From the sequence record SRR31147125_10124: a DNA stretch of 51,679 nucleotides; one strand, written 5' to 3'. The translations under genes were made by a program, and so were the position numbers. The notes under the pieces were generated by a model. That model was not told the origin of the DNA and did not search any database. It was given only the letters and a program-made list of their open reading frames with translations. Numbering within the stretch: the first letter of the stretch is position 1; each line of letters begins with the position of its first letter. This document shows, piece by piece, positions 24,110-34,119 of the stretch.

Positions 24110-25612
24110 TTAAAAAGCCACGGTATAGCCGACCAGCATTCTATCCAGCGTTTCCATAACATAATTGGTATTACCGAAATACGAATCATAATATTTCATT
24201 CGCCGGGTTTCGTACGCCACGTCGAACCAGCCAAACAGTGCTTTCACACTCAAACCCAGAGTGATGCTTTCCGCATAAGGGCCACGGTCTTTGATAGCCG
24301 CGCCATCCGGTACAAACACCTCCGGCAGATTACGGTAACCACCAAGTAACGACAACCAATCCCAGGGTTTATATTCCATCCCGATTCCTATCATCAACTG
24401 ATCGGCCCAGCCTTTGTGTGTAGTATCGTTATTAGCAAATGTGAATTCAGACTGACTGTAGTTTGTATTCTGCAGATCAAACGCGATCCGGAATTGTTTG
24501 ACTGGCGAAGAACTGATGCCGATGGTATAAGACAGGGGAACGGTCATTTCATCTTCGCCGGAAGTGTTTTCTGTATTTGAGTTTGTTTGATTGGTAGTAA
24601 TCGTCGTGTAGTCCCATTCCCGTTTATATGTGTATGGAGGAGTAATTTTTAATCCCACGCTTAGATGTTCAAATTCAAAAATGGTCCCGATGTTAAATGA
24701 TAGTGCACTGAATTTTGAATTACCAGTGGTTGAAGTATGTAATGTGTCATAAGAAAATCGAAAAATATTTGCATCAACCAGGTCGAAATAGCCGACTCGT
24801 CCGAGCCCCTGTAAATCAGATGTTTCGCCGGCGCTTTTTGTAAAGCCTAATCCTAATTTAACGTGCTTATTCAATTCTACGGCAACGGCAGATGTCATAT
24901 TCCAGATCGTTCCGGTCCGTTCCCGTTCATAATCTGACCAATAGACCCGCATACTGTCATCCGGACTTGTAACCCGGTCTACGATTCCTTCATAAGGAGT
25001 ATAACCAAGGTGTGGCACTAAGTGCGTATGATTCCGGTCATAATCCAGCACCTGATTTCTTTTGTTATAAGCTGCTGATGCAACGAGTGATTTCCCTAAC
25101 ATGTTAAATGGTACGGCAACAGCAAAATTATCAAACAGGGATTCCTTTTTTTCTTTCTGCCAGTCTGCTGCTTTTTCACTATAATAGTCTTCCCCAAGCA
25201 GAGGATCATTCACTGTATAATTAGTATCATTTTTGAACACCTCATAATCGTACATGCCATTATTGACAGGATCCGGCACATAAAGTCCATCTAAGATAAA
25301 TGATACAACAGCAAACTGACGAAACGGGCGATAGACCTGATTTTCACGCCACATTTTGTTATAGGAATTCGCCTGAAACGAAATTTGTATTTGGTCTGTA
25401 CCGACTAATCCTGCCGGATTCCAGAAAATGGACTGCACACCGCCAGAGATTGCCGTATAGGCGCCACCCATCGCCAGGGCTTTAACGCCATTCCCATCCG
25501 GCACACCCAAACCCTGGAACGCCAGGTTGTCGCCACGATGTTGAGCATACCCCACTGAAAAGCATGAGATTATAATCATGTGAATTAAAATATTTCTGGT
25601 CACTTTTATCAT
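24110..25612 (-). CDS. FadL/PorV-superfamily outer-membrane beta-barrel
   Basis: Signal peptide; GVKALAMGGAYTA...IFWNPAGL N-terminal motif; alternating beta-strands; terminal Phe. Confidence 0.8.
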   Translation of the reverse strand: MIKVTRNILIHMIIISCFSVGYAQHRGDNLAFQGLGVPDGNGVKALAMGGAYTAISGGVQSIFWNPAGLVGTDQIQISFQANSYNKMWRENQVYRPFRQFAVVSFILDGLYVPDPVNNGMYDYEVFKNDTNYTVNDPLLGEDYYSEKAADWQKEKKESLFDNFAVAVPFNMLGKSLVASAAYNKRNQVLDYDRNHTHLVPHLGYTPYEGIVDRVTSPDDSMRVYWSDYERERTGTIWNMTSAVAVELNKHVKLGLGFTKSAGETSDLQGLGRVGYFDLVDANIFRFSYDTLHTSTTGNSKFSALSFNIGTIFEFEHLSVGLKITPPYTYKREWDYTTITTNQTNSNTENTSGEDEMTVPLSYTIGISSSPVKQFRIAFDLQNTNYSQSEFTFANNDTTHKGWADQLMIGIGMEYKPWDWLSLLGGYRNLPEVFVPDGAAIKDRGPYAESITLGLSVKALFGWFDVAYETRRMKYYDSYFGNTNYVMETLDRMLVGYTVAF

Positions 25613-25680
25613 GATAGGACTCCTTAATTAACCACGAATTTAGTTCATTCCGTTTAACAATTATGTGTGAAATCCGAGGT

Positions 25681-26679
25681 TCATTTTTTCATAAAACCAA
25701 TTGAAAACCGGTGCACAGCGTCTAAAGACTCTCCAAAATCACTATATGAATAGTCAACTCGAGTATTGAAAATACTGATTCCAAAACCGAGAGCTAATCC
25801 TTCTTCATCATAATTCAATTTGTAACCGCCACGCAGATATAACATGTCACGCAGAGAGTATTCAACACCCATATGATATTGCTGGCCATAATCCCTGGCT
25901 TCTACCATATCATAAGCAAGCAGCAGTTTATGATCAACTGCAGTCATGAAGAACGAATTTTCCGGGGATATCAGATAACCGGAAACGCCAATTGTTAATG
26001 TCTGCGGCAAAGGATAACTTTCACCATCTTCCAGAAACTTAATTTCCGGCCCGAAATGTCTAATTGTGGAAGCCAGTTCAAGCGACCGAAAACCGGTACG
26101 ATAGGTAAATCCGCCATCAAAAATTAGTGCGGATGCAGCATATGCCACCAAGTCTTCTCGCGCATATTTTGCAGTAACGCCAAACGCAAACTTATCTGTC
26201 AAATCACGAGCGAAAGAGACGCCAAACACCTGAGCAGCAGGACTGACAGTTCGTCCTGTCAGACCGGGATTATAAACGCCCGTGGCATCATCACGGAATA
26301 GGTGGTCTACCCGTGTTTCCTGAATATCACCAATATTTATTATAAGCCCCATCAGCCCAATAGTACCGATACCAGGAATGGCGTACGCAAATGAAAACGA
26401 TTGGTGGTTCATATCAAGCAACCAATCCAGATATGACAGCGAAACATCGAATCCTGTAACTTTAGCCAGTGCTGCAGGATTCCAGAAAATTGCTTCTGAA
26501 TTGTTGACAACCGCTGTAAACGCTTCCCCCATTGCTGTGGAGCGGGCATCAGGCATGACCTTTAAAAACTGGAACGAGGTTGTCCCAACCTTGTGGATGT
26601 CCTCGCCCTGGCCAAAGCCATTCTTACTCACTGCCATTATCATGATAATTAAAATGAATATGTTAAAATGTATTTTCAT
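25681..26679 (-). CDS. PorV/PorQ-family (UPF0164) outer-membrane protein
   Basis: KVGTTSFQFLK..DARSTAMGEAFTA...IFWNPAAL; YPLPQTLTIG; GVEY...LRGGY; VDYSYSDFG..L..VHRFSIG. Confidence 0.9.
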   Translation of the reverse strand: MKIHFNIFILIIMIMAVSKNGFGQGEDIHKVGTTSFQFLKVMPDARSTAMGEAFTAVVNNSEAIFWNPAALAKVTGFDVSLSYLDWLLDMNHQSFSFAYAIPGIGTIGLMGLIINIGDIQETRVDHLFRDDATGVYNPGLTGRTVSPAAQVFGVSFARDLTDKFAFGVTAKYAREDLVAYAASALIFDGGFTYRTGFRSLELASTIRHFGPEIKFLEDGESYPLPQTLTIGVSGYLISPENSFFMTAVDHKLLLAYDMVEARDYGQQYHMGVEYSLRDMLYLRGGYKLNYDEEGLALGFGISIFNTRVDYSYSDFGESLDAVHRFSIGFMKK

Positions 26680-26765
26680 GGTATGTTACCTCTTCACTAA
26701 ATGGCACCACGAATCTCACTCACGACACGAATACTTGCGTGGTGAGAATTCGCCGTTTGGGTGAT

Positions 26766-29078
26766 TTACTTAATCACAATCAATTTTCCTGTAGTACGAT
26801 CTCCTTTAGGAGTTTCCACAACATACACATAAACACCAGACGCGATATCCTGACGGTTACGGGACACCTGAAACCAGGCAGTGGAAAATTTATCCGCATC
26901 ATGATCAATTTGTTCTACTAACTGCCCGGCATAAGAATATATCTTGATTGTACATTTCGCAGGTAATCCATAAAATCCAATCGCATCTTCCATGCCGATG
27001 CCTTCAAGTCCGGATTTACTGATAAATGGATTGGGAACGGCATGAACATCGGTAAGCTTATCCGTGGCAGCAACATTTTTAGTATGGAATGTGATATTCG
27101 ATTTCCCGCTTTCACGCCCATGATCGTCGACCGAAGTTACAGCATAGTATTTTGAATCACCCAGTCTGAAATCTTCATCATCATCCGTATAAAAATATAA
27201 TCCTTCACTATTCACTTCACCCGAATTAAATGATTTCAATAGAGTCCATGGTCCCATTCCGGAATTACTTCGGTATAAATTATAGCCAACAATTGTCCCG
27301 GTAAGACGCGGGTGCGCAAACTCTTCAGCCGTATGGTTCCAGATAATTTCAATTGTCGCCAATGCAGTATTTCTCACAATTGTTACCGGAGCCGGAATTG
27401 CCACAGGTATTTTGTATTTATCAGGATTTTCTGAAGGAACAGGATTTGTTTCCGGCCACATCATGCCATCTGCCGGCCCTTGCTTTAATGTGTCAAATTC
27501 AATGGTCTTGCCTAAATATGCCTCAAAGGCTTTATGGGCAACCTGGTTCACGGTAATGACTTCCGAATTGATATAATCGGGATATCCGTAATCATCAAGA
27601 TAATTTTCAGTCATTGTCTCACCATCGATAACAACTTTTTTATTCCATGAAGGCGCAGCACTGTACGGTTCTTTGGTCATAAATTTTTTATTCTCACTTG
27701 CTCCATAGCCCACAACTTCTGCAACAGTAAATTCAATTTTATCACCTGATTCAAGTGTATAGGGGCCAAAACCGGTTACACAGTTACATCCATTATATGC
27801 TGATGTATTGGTGTTACGCGATCTTCCTTTCCAGGTGCTTCCGTCAGGCGGAATAAATCCTTTTTTATCCGGCGTTCCATATTGATTGATAAAATCATCA
27901 GTCCATACACCTCCCCATCTTTCCCGAATCGTTGTACACCTGTCCATTATTTTTGAAGACCGTGCATTACCCGTTTGCGTACCCAAATTCCATGGTTGCA
28001 GCACATGCTTATTTTCATCCAGTTCAAAGATTTGATTATTTAAATCTTTGGCTAAATAATTGACTTTTTGAGATTCATTCATATCAGGATTATCAGGATC
28101 TACGATTGCCAGATGGTTCGTGTCATATTTCAGAATACAATAACCGGGAGCTTGCGGACTGAGCAGCCCACCGCCATTCAATCCTGTTTCAGAAAACAAT
28201 GTAAACAAGTCTTCATTCGGATCCGGATGAGCAGCTAAATACCCAGTAGCTTCATCCGTGGCGCCGGTTCGTAATGCTAATGGAAAATACAACCAATAAT
28301 CATAATCATAAAAACTCATATGATCCGCCCGGTTAAAGGCGTCATAATTCCAGGAACCATAATTTCGCTGTAATCCTAACATGGAAGGCGCAAAAGTATA
28401 TTGAAAATGTATTAACACATCGGTCAGTGTTGTATCCCGTTCTATTGTTTCCGGACGCCCGTCAGTATCTCCGGTATATTCAAACTCATATTCATAAATG
28501 ATCATATCATCAAAGTCTGGATAACTCCAGGATCGTGATGTTCGTGTTACTGTGATTCCCACCGGAGTTGCCCACTTTGCAATAATTATTTCTTCTGCTT
28601 CATCGGGATTGTAATCGGGGTTCAGCACACCCTGACCATCAGCTCCGGCAATGATAGGGAAATTTTCAATTTCTTCAATCGATAGTGGGAAACTCCAAAT
28701 GCCCAGTGGAAGTTCGGGAGTATTTGTTCCCGTACCACCACACAGTGCAATCAGTCGGTTTTCCCATCCAGGCCGGCCTTTAACATTTGCAGAGATATAA
28801 ACACCACCACCAATCATATTGTGCTGGCCAGGGTATTCAATACCATCAATCACCGTTCGTGACCTGGATGGCCATTCCATTAACGGTACGTCCGTTTGTT
28901 CCCCTGCCTGGCCGTACTGGTAGGGCCTGGAGATAGTACCGGTATTGAAAACTGTTTGATGTAACATTCCTCTGTCATGGATTCGGTACTCTCTCAATTG
29001 TGGAAAAGCTATATTTGAAAATATGAGGAGGAATGTCACCAAATATAATAATATTGCAAAATTATTAAGATTTTTCAT
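26766..29078 (-). CDS. Large secreted protein of unknown function with FN3-like domain and variant C-terminal sorting domain (TBDR partner)
   Basis: Signal peptide; IHDRGMLHQTVFNTG, SFYDYD, TGFGPYTL..GD.I; FN3-like GYNLYRS...YYAVTSVD...ES; tail VHAVPNPF...IGFYGLPAKCTIKIYSYAGQLV...IASGVYVY...GKLIVIK. Confidence 0.75.
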   Translation of the reverse strand: MKNLNNFAILLYLVTFLLIFSNIAFPQLREYRIHDRGMLHQTVFNTGTISRPYQYGQAGEQTDVPLMEWPSRSRTVIDGIEYPGQHNMIGGGVYISANVKGRPGWENRLIALCGGTGTNTPELPLGIWSFPLSIEEIENFPIIAGADGQGVLNPDYNPDEAEEIIIAKWATPVGITVTRTSRSWSYPDFDDMIIYEYEFEYTGDTDGRPETIERDTTLTDVLIHFQYTFAPSMLGLQRNYGSWNYDAFNRADHMSFYDYDYWLYFPLALRTGATDEATGYLAAHPDPNEDLFTLFSETGLNGGGLLSPQAPGYCILKYDTNHLAIVDPDNPDMNESQKVNYLAKDLNNQIFELDENKHVLQPWNLGTQTGNARSSKIMDRCTTIRERWGGVWTDDFINQYGTPDKKGFIPPDGSTWKGRSRNTNTSAYNGCNCVTGFGPYTLESGDKIEFTVAEVVGYGASENKKFMTKEPYSAAPSWNKKVVIDGETMTENYLDDYGYPDYINSEVITVNQVAHKAFEAYLGKTIEFDTLKQGPADGMMWPETNPVPSENPDKYKIPVAIPAPVTIVRNTALATIEIIWNHTAEEFAHPRLTGTIVGYNLYRSNSGMGPWTLLKSFNSGEVNSEGLYFYTDDDEDFRLGDSKYYAVTSVDDHGRESGKSNITFHTKNVAATDKLTDVHAVPNPFISKSGLEGIGMEDAIGFYGLPAKCTIKIYSYAGQLVEQIDHDADKFSTAWFQVSRNRQDIASGVYVYVVETPKGDRTTGKLIVIK

Positions 29079-29125
29079 CTATAAAATACCTCCGGTATTA
29101 TGATTGTCTATTGCCAAAGAGAAAA

Positions 29126-32014
29126 TTAGAATTCAAAGGAAACACCAAATCGAAATGACCTGGGCATATTAGCCATTAAATAGGCTTGCAGGTTTGTTGT
29201 GTATGGTGCGAATTCTGTTTCAGTCATAACACGTTTTTCCTCCACCGGGACATCAGCACCGTCTTCCATATATCGTCCGCGGTACAGATTTTCAAGTTCT
29301 TCAGAGAAGGTTCTGCTATAGTGCCATATCTTCTGATTTAATACATTGTAGACTTCAACATAGGTTGTGACTGTTGTACGGCCTTTAATAAATCCTTTTT
29401 CCAGCCTGAGAGTCGTATGATGCTCATTGGGAGTGCGTTGATTGTACCGCAATCCCTGACCGGACATGTCCCATGTAAACGGACGTCCGGAAAGAAAACG
29501 GTACGTTCCACTGAGGTTTATATTGGCTAATGGGTGAGTATTTAATATTTCAAATCCGGCCTGTGATGATGTTTGAAATCCCAAATTCGCTACAAACTTG
29601 TGCAACCGGTTGTAATCAAGATAGATATCTTTGGGATCCCGCAGATTGTCTTTTTCGGGCTGACCCTCATAATGAGCCACTTGATCAGCAGCGCCTGTGG
29701 GGCTACTTGACTTGCCAGTAGCAGACTCCCAATTATAACGCATATTGCCTCGAATGAAGCCATAATTTTTATCCAGGCTGATGTGAAAGCCCTTCACATT
29801 AGCGTATTCACGGTTATCATACGAATCATATGTGAATCCGTCTTTATCAACATATTGTGCATGCTGAATTAAATTAGTAACGTTTTTATAATAAGCACTT
29901 AAATCAAGATAGAGCCCAAAAGGAAGTGACCTGACCACGCCCATATCATAGGAAATCGTTTTTTCTGGTTTCAATTCCGCATTCCCCATTTGGTCGAAAT
30001 CCGGAATTGCTTCTCTTTTAAAACGGCTTACAAAAATATACTGAAACGGCGGCCGTTGAGTAAAGACGCCATAATTTAAGTGAAGCACCGTTTTGTCCGA
30101 GACCGGAAATGAAAAACCGATTCGAGGTTGGAAAACTGTCTCCAATTTAGTTGATTTTTTAGCCGCTTTCCTGGCATCATAAAATCCACCAGCATCGGGA
30201 TCAGTCGGATCAAAATCCTGATTTTTATAAGGTGAGAATCGGTTGGTAAAATAGTCTGTGTTGAAATTATAGAAATCATACCGCAATCCGATATTCGCGA
30301 TAAAACCTTCGTATTCCATTTTATCCTGCACGTATACAGCACCCTCAAACGGGAACACTTTATAATTTTGCCAACGCTCGTTTCTCACATTTGTCATGGA
30401 ATTTTTTCTATCCATACGCATGTCATAGTAGCTAAACTGAAAACCGGATTTTACGAGATTCCGGTGATCAATCTGAGATGTGATATTACCATTGATATTC
30501 AGCGTTCGTGTTGTATTTTCTCCTACCGTTGTTGCGAGTCTACCCCCTGAATGCCCGGATGGTGATTTGGAAAATCGCCAGTTTGAAGTTGCATTGTAAT
30601 CATCCGCATATTGTCCCGGTTCTAACAGTTCCACACGCTCATTTCCGACAGTCCACAATTGATTTACTTTTATGTCCATGAATGTCGCCGGATTAAACAC
30701 GTGATTCCAGGTGACGCCAAATTGTTGTATTGTTTCTGTTACTTTTTGAACATTCAGCACTGTTTCAAACCACTGGTAAAAATTGCTTGTAATATCATTT
30801 TCAAAATCTGTATTATAATTGTAGTTAAATTTAATTTTATTATTTTGATTTAAGCGGTAAACGAGATTGCTCATCACCTGAATATCTCTGTCGCGGAATG
30901 GCGTGGGAATAACAGGTTGATTATTTCTAAAACGCGTGGCTATAAACAAGCTGGTATTTTCTGAAATCGGGCCACCTGTTGAAAATTCAGTTCGGAAATC
31001 CGGAGAAGCGTAATCAAGCCCGGTCTGCCTTACCAATTGCAGCCAAAGGGCCCTGATCAGTGAGGCAGTGCGTAATGTGTCTTCCCGGGTCGGGGCCGGT
31101 GGTAGCGGCCAGCCAAATTCCTGTTTGGGGACATAATCATCAAAGCCGATCGTGGAAAAGTTATAGAGAGGAGATCCATTCGTAGGGTCAACACCATCGA
31201 CCCATTCTTCAGGATTGAATAATGTCTCATAAAATTGATTGATTTCTTTTGAATACGCGCCATCTCCCCAGGTTTTATAGCGAGGATTGGTAGCGGAAAA
31301 ATTCAATTTGGTTTTCCATTGCTTACCGCCCTCTTTCATTACCATATTAATGACACCCGATTGCACATTTCCATATTCAGCGCTAAAACCGCTGGTATAC
31401 ACTTCAACCTGCTCCAATCCAATAGTTATCGGCTCAAATGTCCTTGAACCAGTAAGTGGATTCATAATTTTGGCGCCACCAATGAGGTAAATTGCCTCCC
31501 CGCTCCGGCCACCTCGGAAATGACCGCCATCTACATCGGCTTGAAGATTAATAACATCACCGACATCAGTAATGCCTGGCAGGCTTTCTACCTGACCGAT
31601 ATCATATGTCATTTTCGTCGCAGTTATATCCGGTTCCACACGATCCGGGTGATATGCAGTGACAACCACCTCTTCACCAGCGAGCGTCTCCATGCTTAAC
31701 TTATAATCTATACGTGTTGTTTTATCGACTAACACCTGAACATTTGTCATTACTTCATTTTTATATCCTATAACACCGGCTCGTAATTCATACGTTCCCG
31801 GGGGGATATTAATGATAAAATATTCGCCGTTCAAATTTGTCGCAGCACCTAACGTCGTACCCATAAGCTGAATATTGGCACCAGGCAGAGGTTCACCGGT
31901 TTCCTCATCGATAACCTTACCCGCTATTTTACCGGTAACCCCTGCGAAGGATGAAACGGTGATGAACAGCGGCAGTAATAAAAGCACAAACCATACAGAC
32001 TCTGTTTTATACAT
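29126..32014 (-). CDS. TonB-dependent receptor with N-terminal carboxypeptidase-regulatory-like domain
   Basis: TGKIAGKVID.ETGEPLPGANI, plug HFRGGRSGE and SGFSAEYG..QSGVIN, YVQDKME, GLRYD, QPRIGFSFP, GNAELKPEKT, PRSFRFGVSFEF end; SD GGAGG. Confidence 0.95.
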   Translation of the reverse strand: MYKTESVWFVLLLLPLFITVSSFAGVTGKIAGKVIDEETGEPLPGANIQLMGTTLGAATNLNGEYFIINIPPGTYELRAGVIGYKNEVMTNVQVLVDKTTRIDYKLSMETLAGEEVVVTAYHPDRVEPDITATKMTYDIGQVESLPGITDVGDVINLQADVDGGHFRGGRSGEAIYLIGGAKIMNPLTGSRTFEPITIGLEQVEVYTSGFSAEYGNVQSGVINMVMKEGGKQWKTKLNFSATNPRYKTWGDGAYSKEINQFYETLFNPEEWVDGVDPTNGSPLYNFSTIGFDDYVPKQEFGWPLPPAPTREDTLRTASLIRALWLQLVRQTGLDYASPDFRTEFSTGGPISENTSLFIATRFRNNQPVIPTPFRDRDIQVMSNLVYRLNQNNKIKFNYNYNTDFENDITSNFYQWFETVLNVQKVTETIQQFGVTWNHVFNPATFMDIKVNQLWTVGNERVELLEPGQYADDYNATSNWRFSKSPSGHSGGRLATTVGENTTRTLNINGNITSQIDHRNLVKSGFQFSYYDMRMDRKNSMTNVRNERWQNYKVFPFEGAVYVQDKMEYEGFIANIGLRYDFYNFNTDYFTNRFSPYKNQDFDPTDPDAGGFYDARKAAKKSTKLETVFQPRIGFSFPVSDKTVLHLNYGVFTQRPPFQYIFVSRFKREAIPDFDQMGNAELKPEKTISYDMGVVRSLPFGLYLDLSAYYKNVTNLIQHAQYVDKDGFTYDSYDNREYANVKGFHISLDKNYGFIRGNMRYNWESATGKSSSPTGAADQVAHYEGQPEKDNLRDPKDIYLDYNRLHKFVANLGFQTSSQAGFEILNTHPLANINLSGTYRFLSGRPFTWDMSGQGLRYNQRTPNEHHTTLRLEKGFIKGRTTVTTYVEVYNVLNQKIWHYSRTFSEELENLYRGRYMEDGADVPVEEKRVMTETEFAPYTTNLQAYLMANMPRSFRFGVSFEF

Positions 32015-32399
32015 TCAAGACCTCCATATTAATGAAGAATAAGTATCACTTGGGACATTATTTCGATAGTATCGTTTTATTTTTTGCTATTAAGATCTGG
32101 ATTGGTGCGATCGATGTTCGTTGAAAAGAAAATCGGGCAGCACAAAGGGTCATCGGCCCGGTTGGGAAAGTGAAAGCGTTGTAGTTTTGAAAAAAAATCA
32201 ATTTGCCTCGCAGTTATTCATAATTTTGAACCGGATTTTCAATCTTGCCCGGTAATTAAAGCAATACACTGGAGAAATTTAGAGTTTGAAAAAGAGAATT
32301 CAATTTTAATAGCAGGTTGGATCAGTGGCATTTTTTAACAAATTATTGTTTTATGATCTTAAAAAATTTGTTTAATTTTTATTACACAATTATATTCAC

Positions 32400-32660
32400 T
32401 TTATCAACGTAATAACGGTTCTTTATCGGTTAACTTTTATTTTCGCAACTCATCCTCAAGATATTTAACTTGCAAAACAGCAGGTAATAACTGCAATTTG
32501 TTCAAAAACGGGTTTTTCAAAGACGAGAACTTGTATTTTTTCATATAATTAAAAGCCTTAAAAATAAAACTTGAAAAATCGCTTGTTGATGTCGATAAAA
32601 ACAGGTTTGCATTGAATTCTTTTTGATGCCATAAGGTTAATAACACGTTATTACGGGTAA
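32400..32660. promoter_or_regulatory. Divergent promoter region with candidate operator sites
   Basis: The 10-mer CGTTATTACG occurs at 32646-32655 (+) and 32408-32417 (-); near-palindrome TAATAAC-AC-GTTATTA at 32638-32653. Confidence 0.45.
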
Positions 32661-32904
32661 ATCATTACATCTTAAAGGTTAGAAAGACTAGTTATTCTCG
32701 GTTCAACAATTTTATTATGTCATATCACATACTCATTCTTTTTAATGGTAATAGTTTTGGAGTTTAGACTCTTTTTGAATCGTATTGTTTCTACTAAAAT
32801 TATTTTACCAAATCCCCGGATAAATCTTAATTTTTGGGTTGCATTTCAATCTTAAAAATGACTATATTTTTTATAGCACAAATTTCACGAAAATATCAAA
32901 TAAT

Positions 32905-34119
32905 ATGTATAATACCAAAGTAGCCTTATATCTTGAAAAGATTTTACAAAGCAAGGAATTTGTAAAGTCCCAAAAGCATCAAAAGTTGTTAGAATATCTC
33001 GTCAAGGCTTCCCTTGAAGGAGAAGTACCCAAAGACTCTACAATCGCCTATGACGTTTTTGATGCGGATCCAAAAGAGGATGCGGATTCCACCACCAAAG
33101 TGCGGGTCTACGTCCATAACCTTCGCAAGAAACTGGCCTGCTACTACATCTCTGAGGGAAAAGATGATGAGATCCGGTTTGAAATCCCAAAGGGTCATTA
33201 TAAGGTCGTTTTCAACGACAAACAAAAACCTCAAAAATTAATAAAACAAAACAGAATTTTATATGTGGCTTTGGCAATTCTTCTGATTAGCATCGCCTTG
33301 AATATTTTTCTGTTTCAAACCGGCCAATCAGGAATTACTCTTCATATTCCAATTGATAATAATAATCCTGTTTGGCAAGATTACCTGAATGATGATTTGC
33401 CCACGCTAATTGTTATGGGGGATTATTTTTTGTATGTCGATACCTATTTAACGGATAGAAATCGTTATGTCCGTGATTATCAGATCAATTGCCCGCAAGA
33501 TTTTGAGTATTTTTTATCCGAAAACGAATCCTATAAAGACTATGTTCTTATGACCGAGCATACGTTGTTGGGCAAACTGGCACCCTGGTGTCTGTATGAA
33601 TTGACATCGGTATTGACCCCTTTCAATTCACAGGTAGAGTTAAAGCTTTCAACACAAATTCAATGGAATGACCTGAAAAAATATAATGTGTTGTTTGTGG
33701 GAGCGTTTAAAACACTGGGAATTCTGGAAGAGCTGGTAAAGGAGTTGCATTTTACCTATCAAATTCATCCGAATAGATTATATTATCATCCGGAAGATGC
33801 AGACACTTCATATTCCTATCACGCTATCTCATCTTTGCCTGCCGATATACCTTATGAAACCGATTATGCTGTGATCGCCAAATTTCCCGGCCCCAATCAT
33901 AACGTCATTACTATTTTTGCATCCACACGGGATATTGGTTGTTTGGCTGCAGTTGATTTTCTGACCATGCCTCAATATTTGGATTCTTTTGTAGACAATC
34001 ATATTAAAAAGGCTTCAAGGGCAAAATATTTTGAAGCCGTTTTTGAGGTAAAGGGTTATGAGCGAACGGTGGTCAGCATCGATCTTTTACATTTTAATAA
34101 AATCGACTCTCAACCCTGA
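32905..34119 (+). CDS. Membrane-spanning one-component transcriptional regulator (N-terminal winged-HTH-like domain, TM helix, periplasmic domain)
   Basis: LEKILQSKEF..S.....LLEYLV...TIAYDVF...VRVYVHNLRKKL..YY..EG...IPKGHY; TM ILYVALAILLISIALNIFLF; soluble C-terminal domain (ORF track start 32839). Confidence 0.78.
   Translation: MYNTKVALYLEKILQSKEFVKSQKHQKLLEYLVKASLEGEVPKDSTIAYDVFDADPKEDADSTTKVRVYVHNLRKKLACYYISEGKDDEIRFEIPKGHYKVVFNDKQKPQKLIKQNRILYVALAILLISIALNIFLFQTGQSGITLHIPIDNNNPVWQDYLNDDLPTLIVMGDYFLYVDTYLTDRNRYVRDYQINCPQDFEYFLSENESYKDYVLMTEHTLLGKLAPWCLYELTSVLTPFNSQVELKLSTQIQWNDLKKYNVLFVGAFKTLGILEELVKELHFTYQIHPNRLYYHPEDADTSYSYHAISSLPADIPYETDYAVIAKFPGPNHNVITIFASTRDIGCLAAVDFLTMPQYLDSFVDNHIKKASRAKYFEAVFEVKGYERTVVSIDLLHFNKIDSQP

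Noticed and set aside
26766-32014. Calling the pair susC/susD
   Set aside because: The partner lacks a lipobox and SusD motifs and has a sorting-domain tail; the receptor lacks recognisable SusC-specific motifs
32437-32646. 69-aa ORF in the divergent intergenic region
   Set aside because: AT-rich, no SD, no motif, and it lies across the likely promoter/operator DNA
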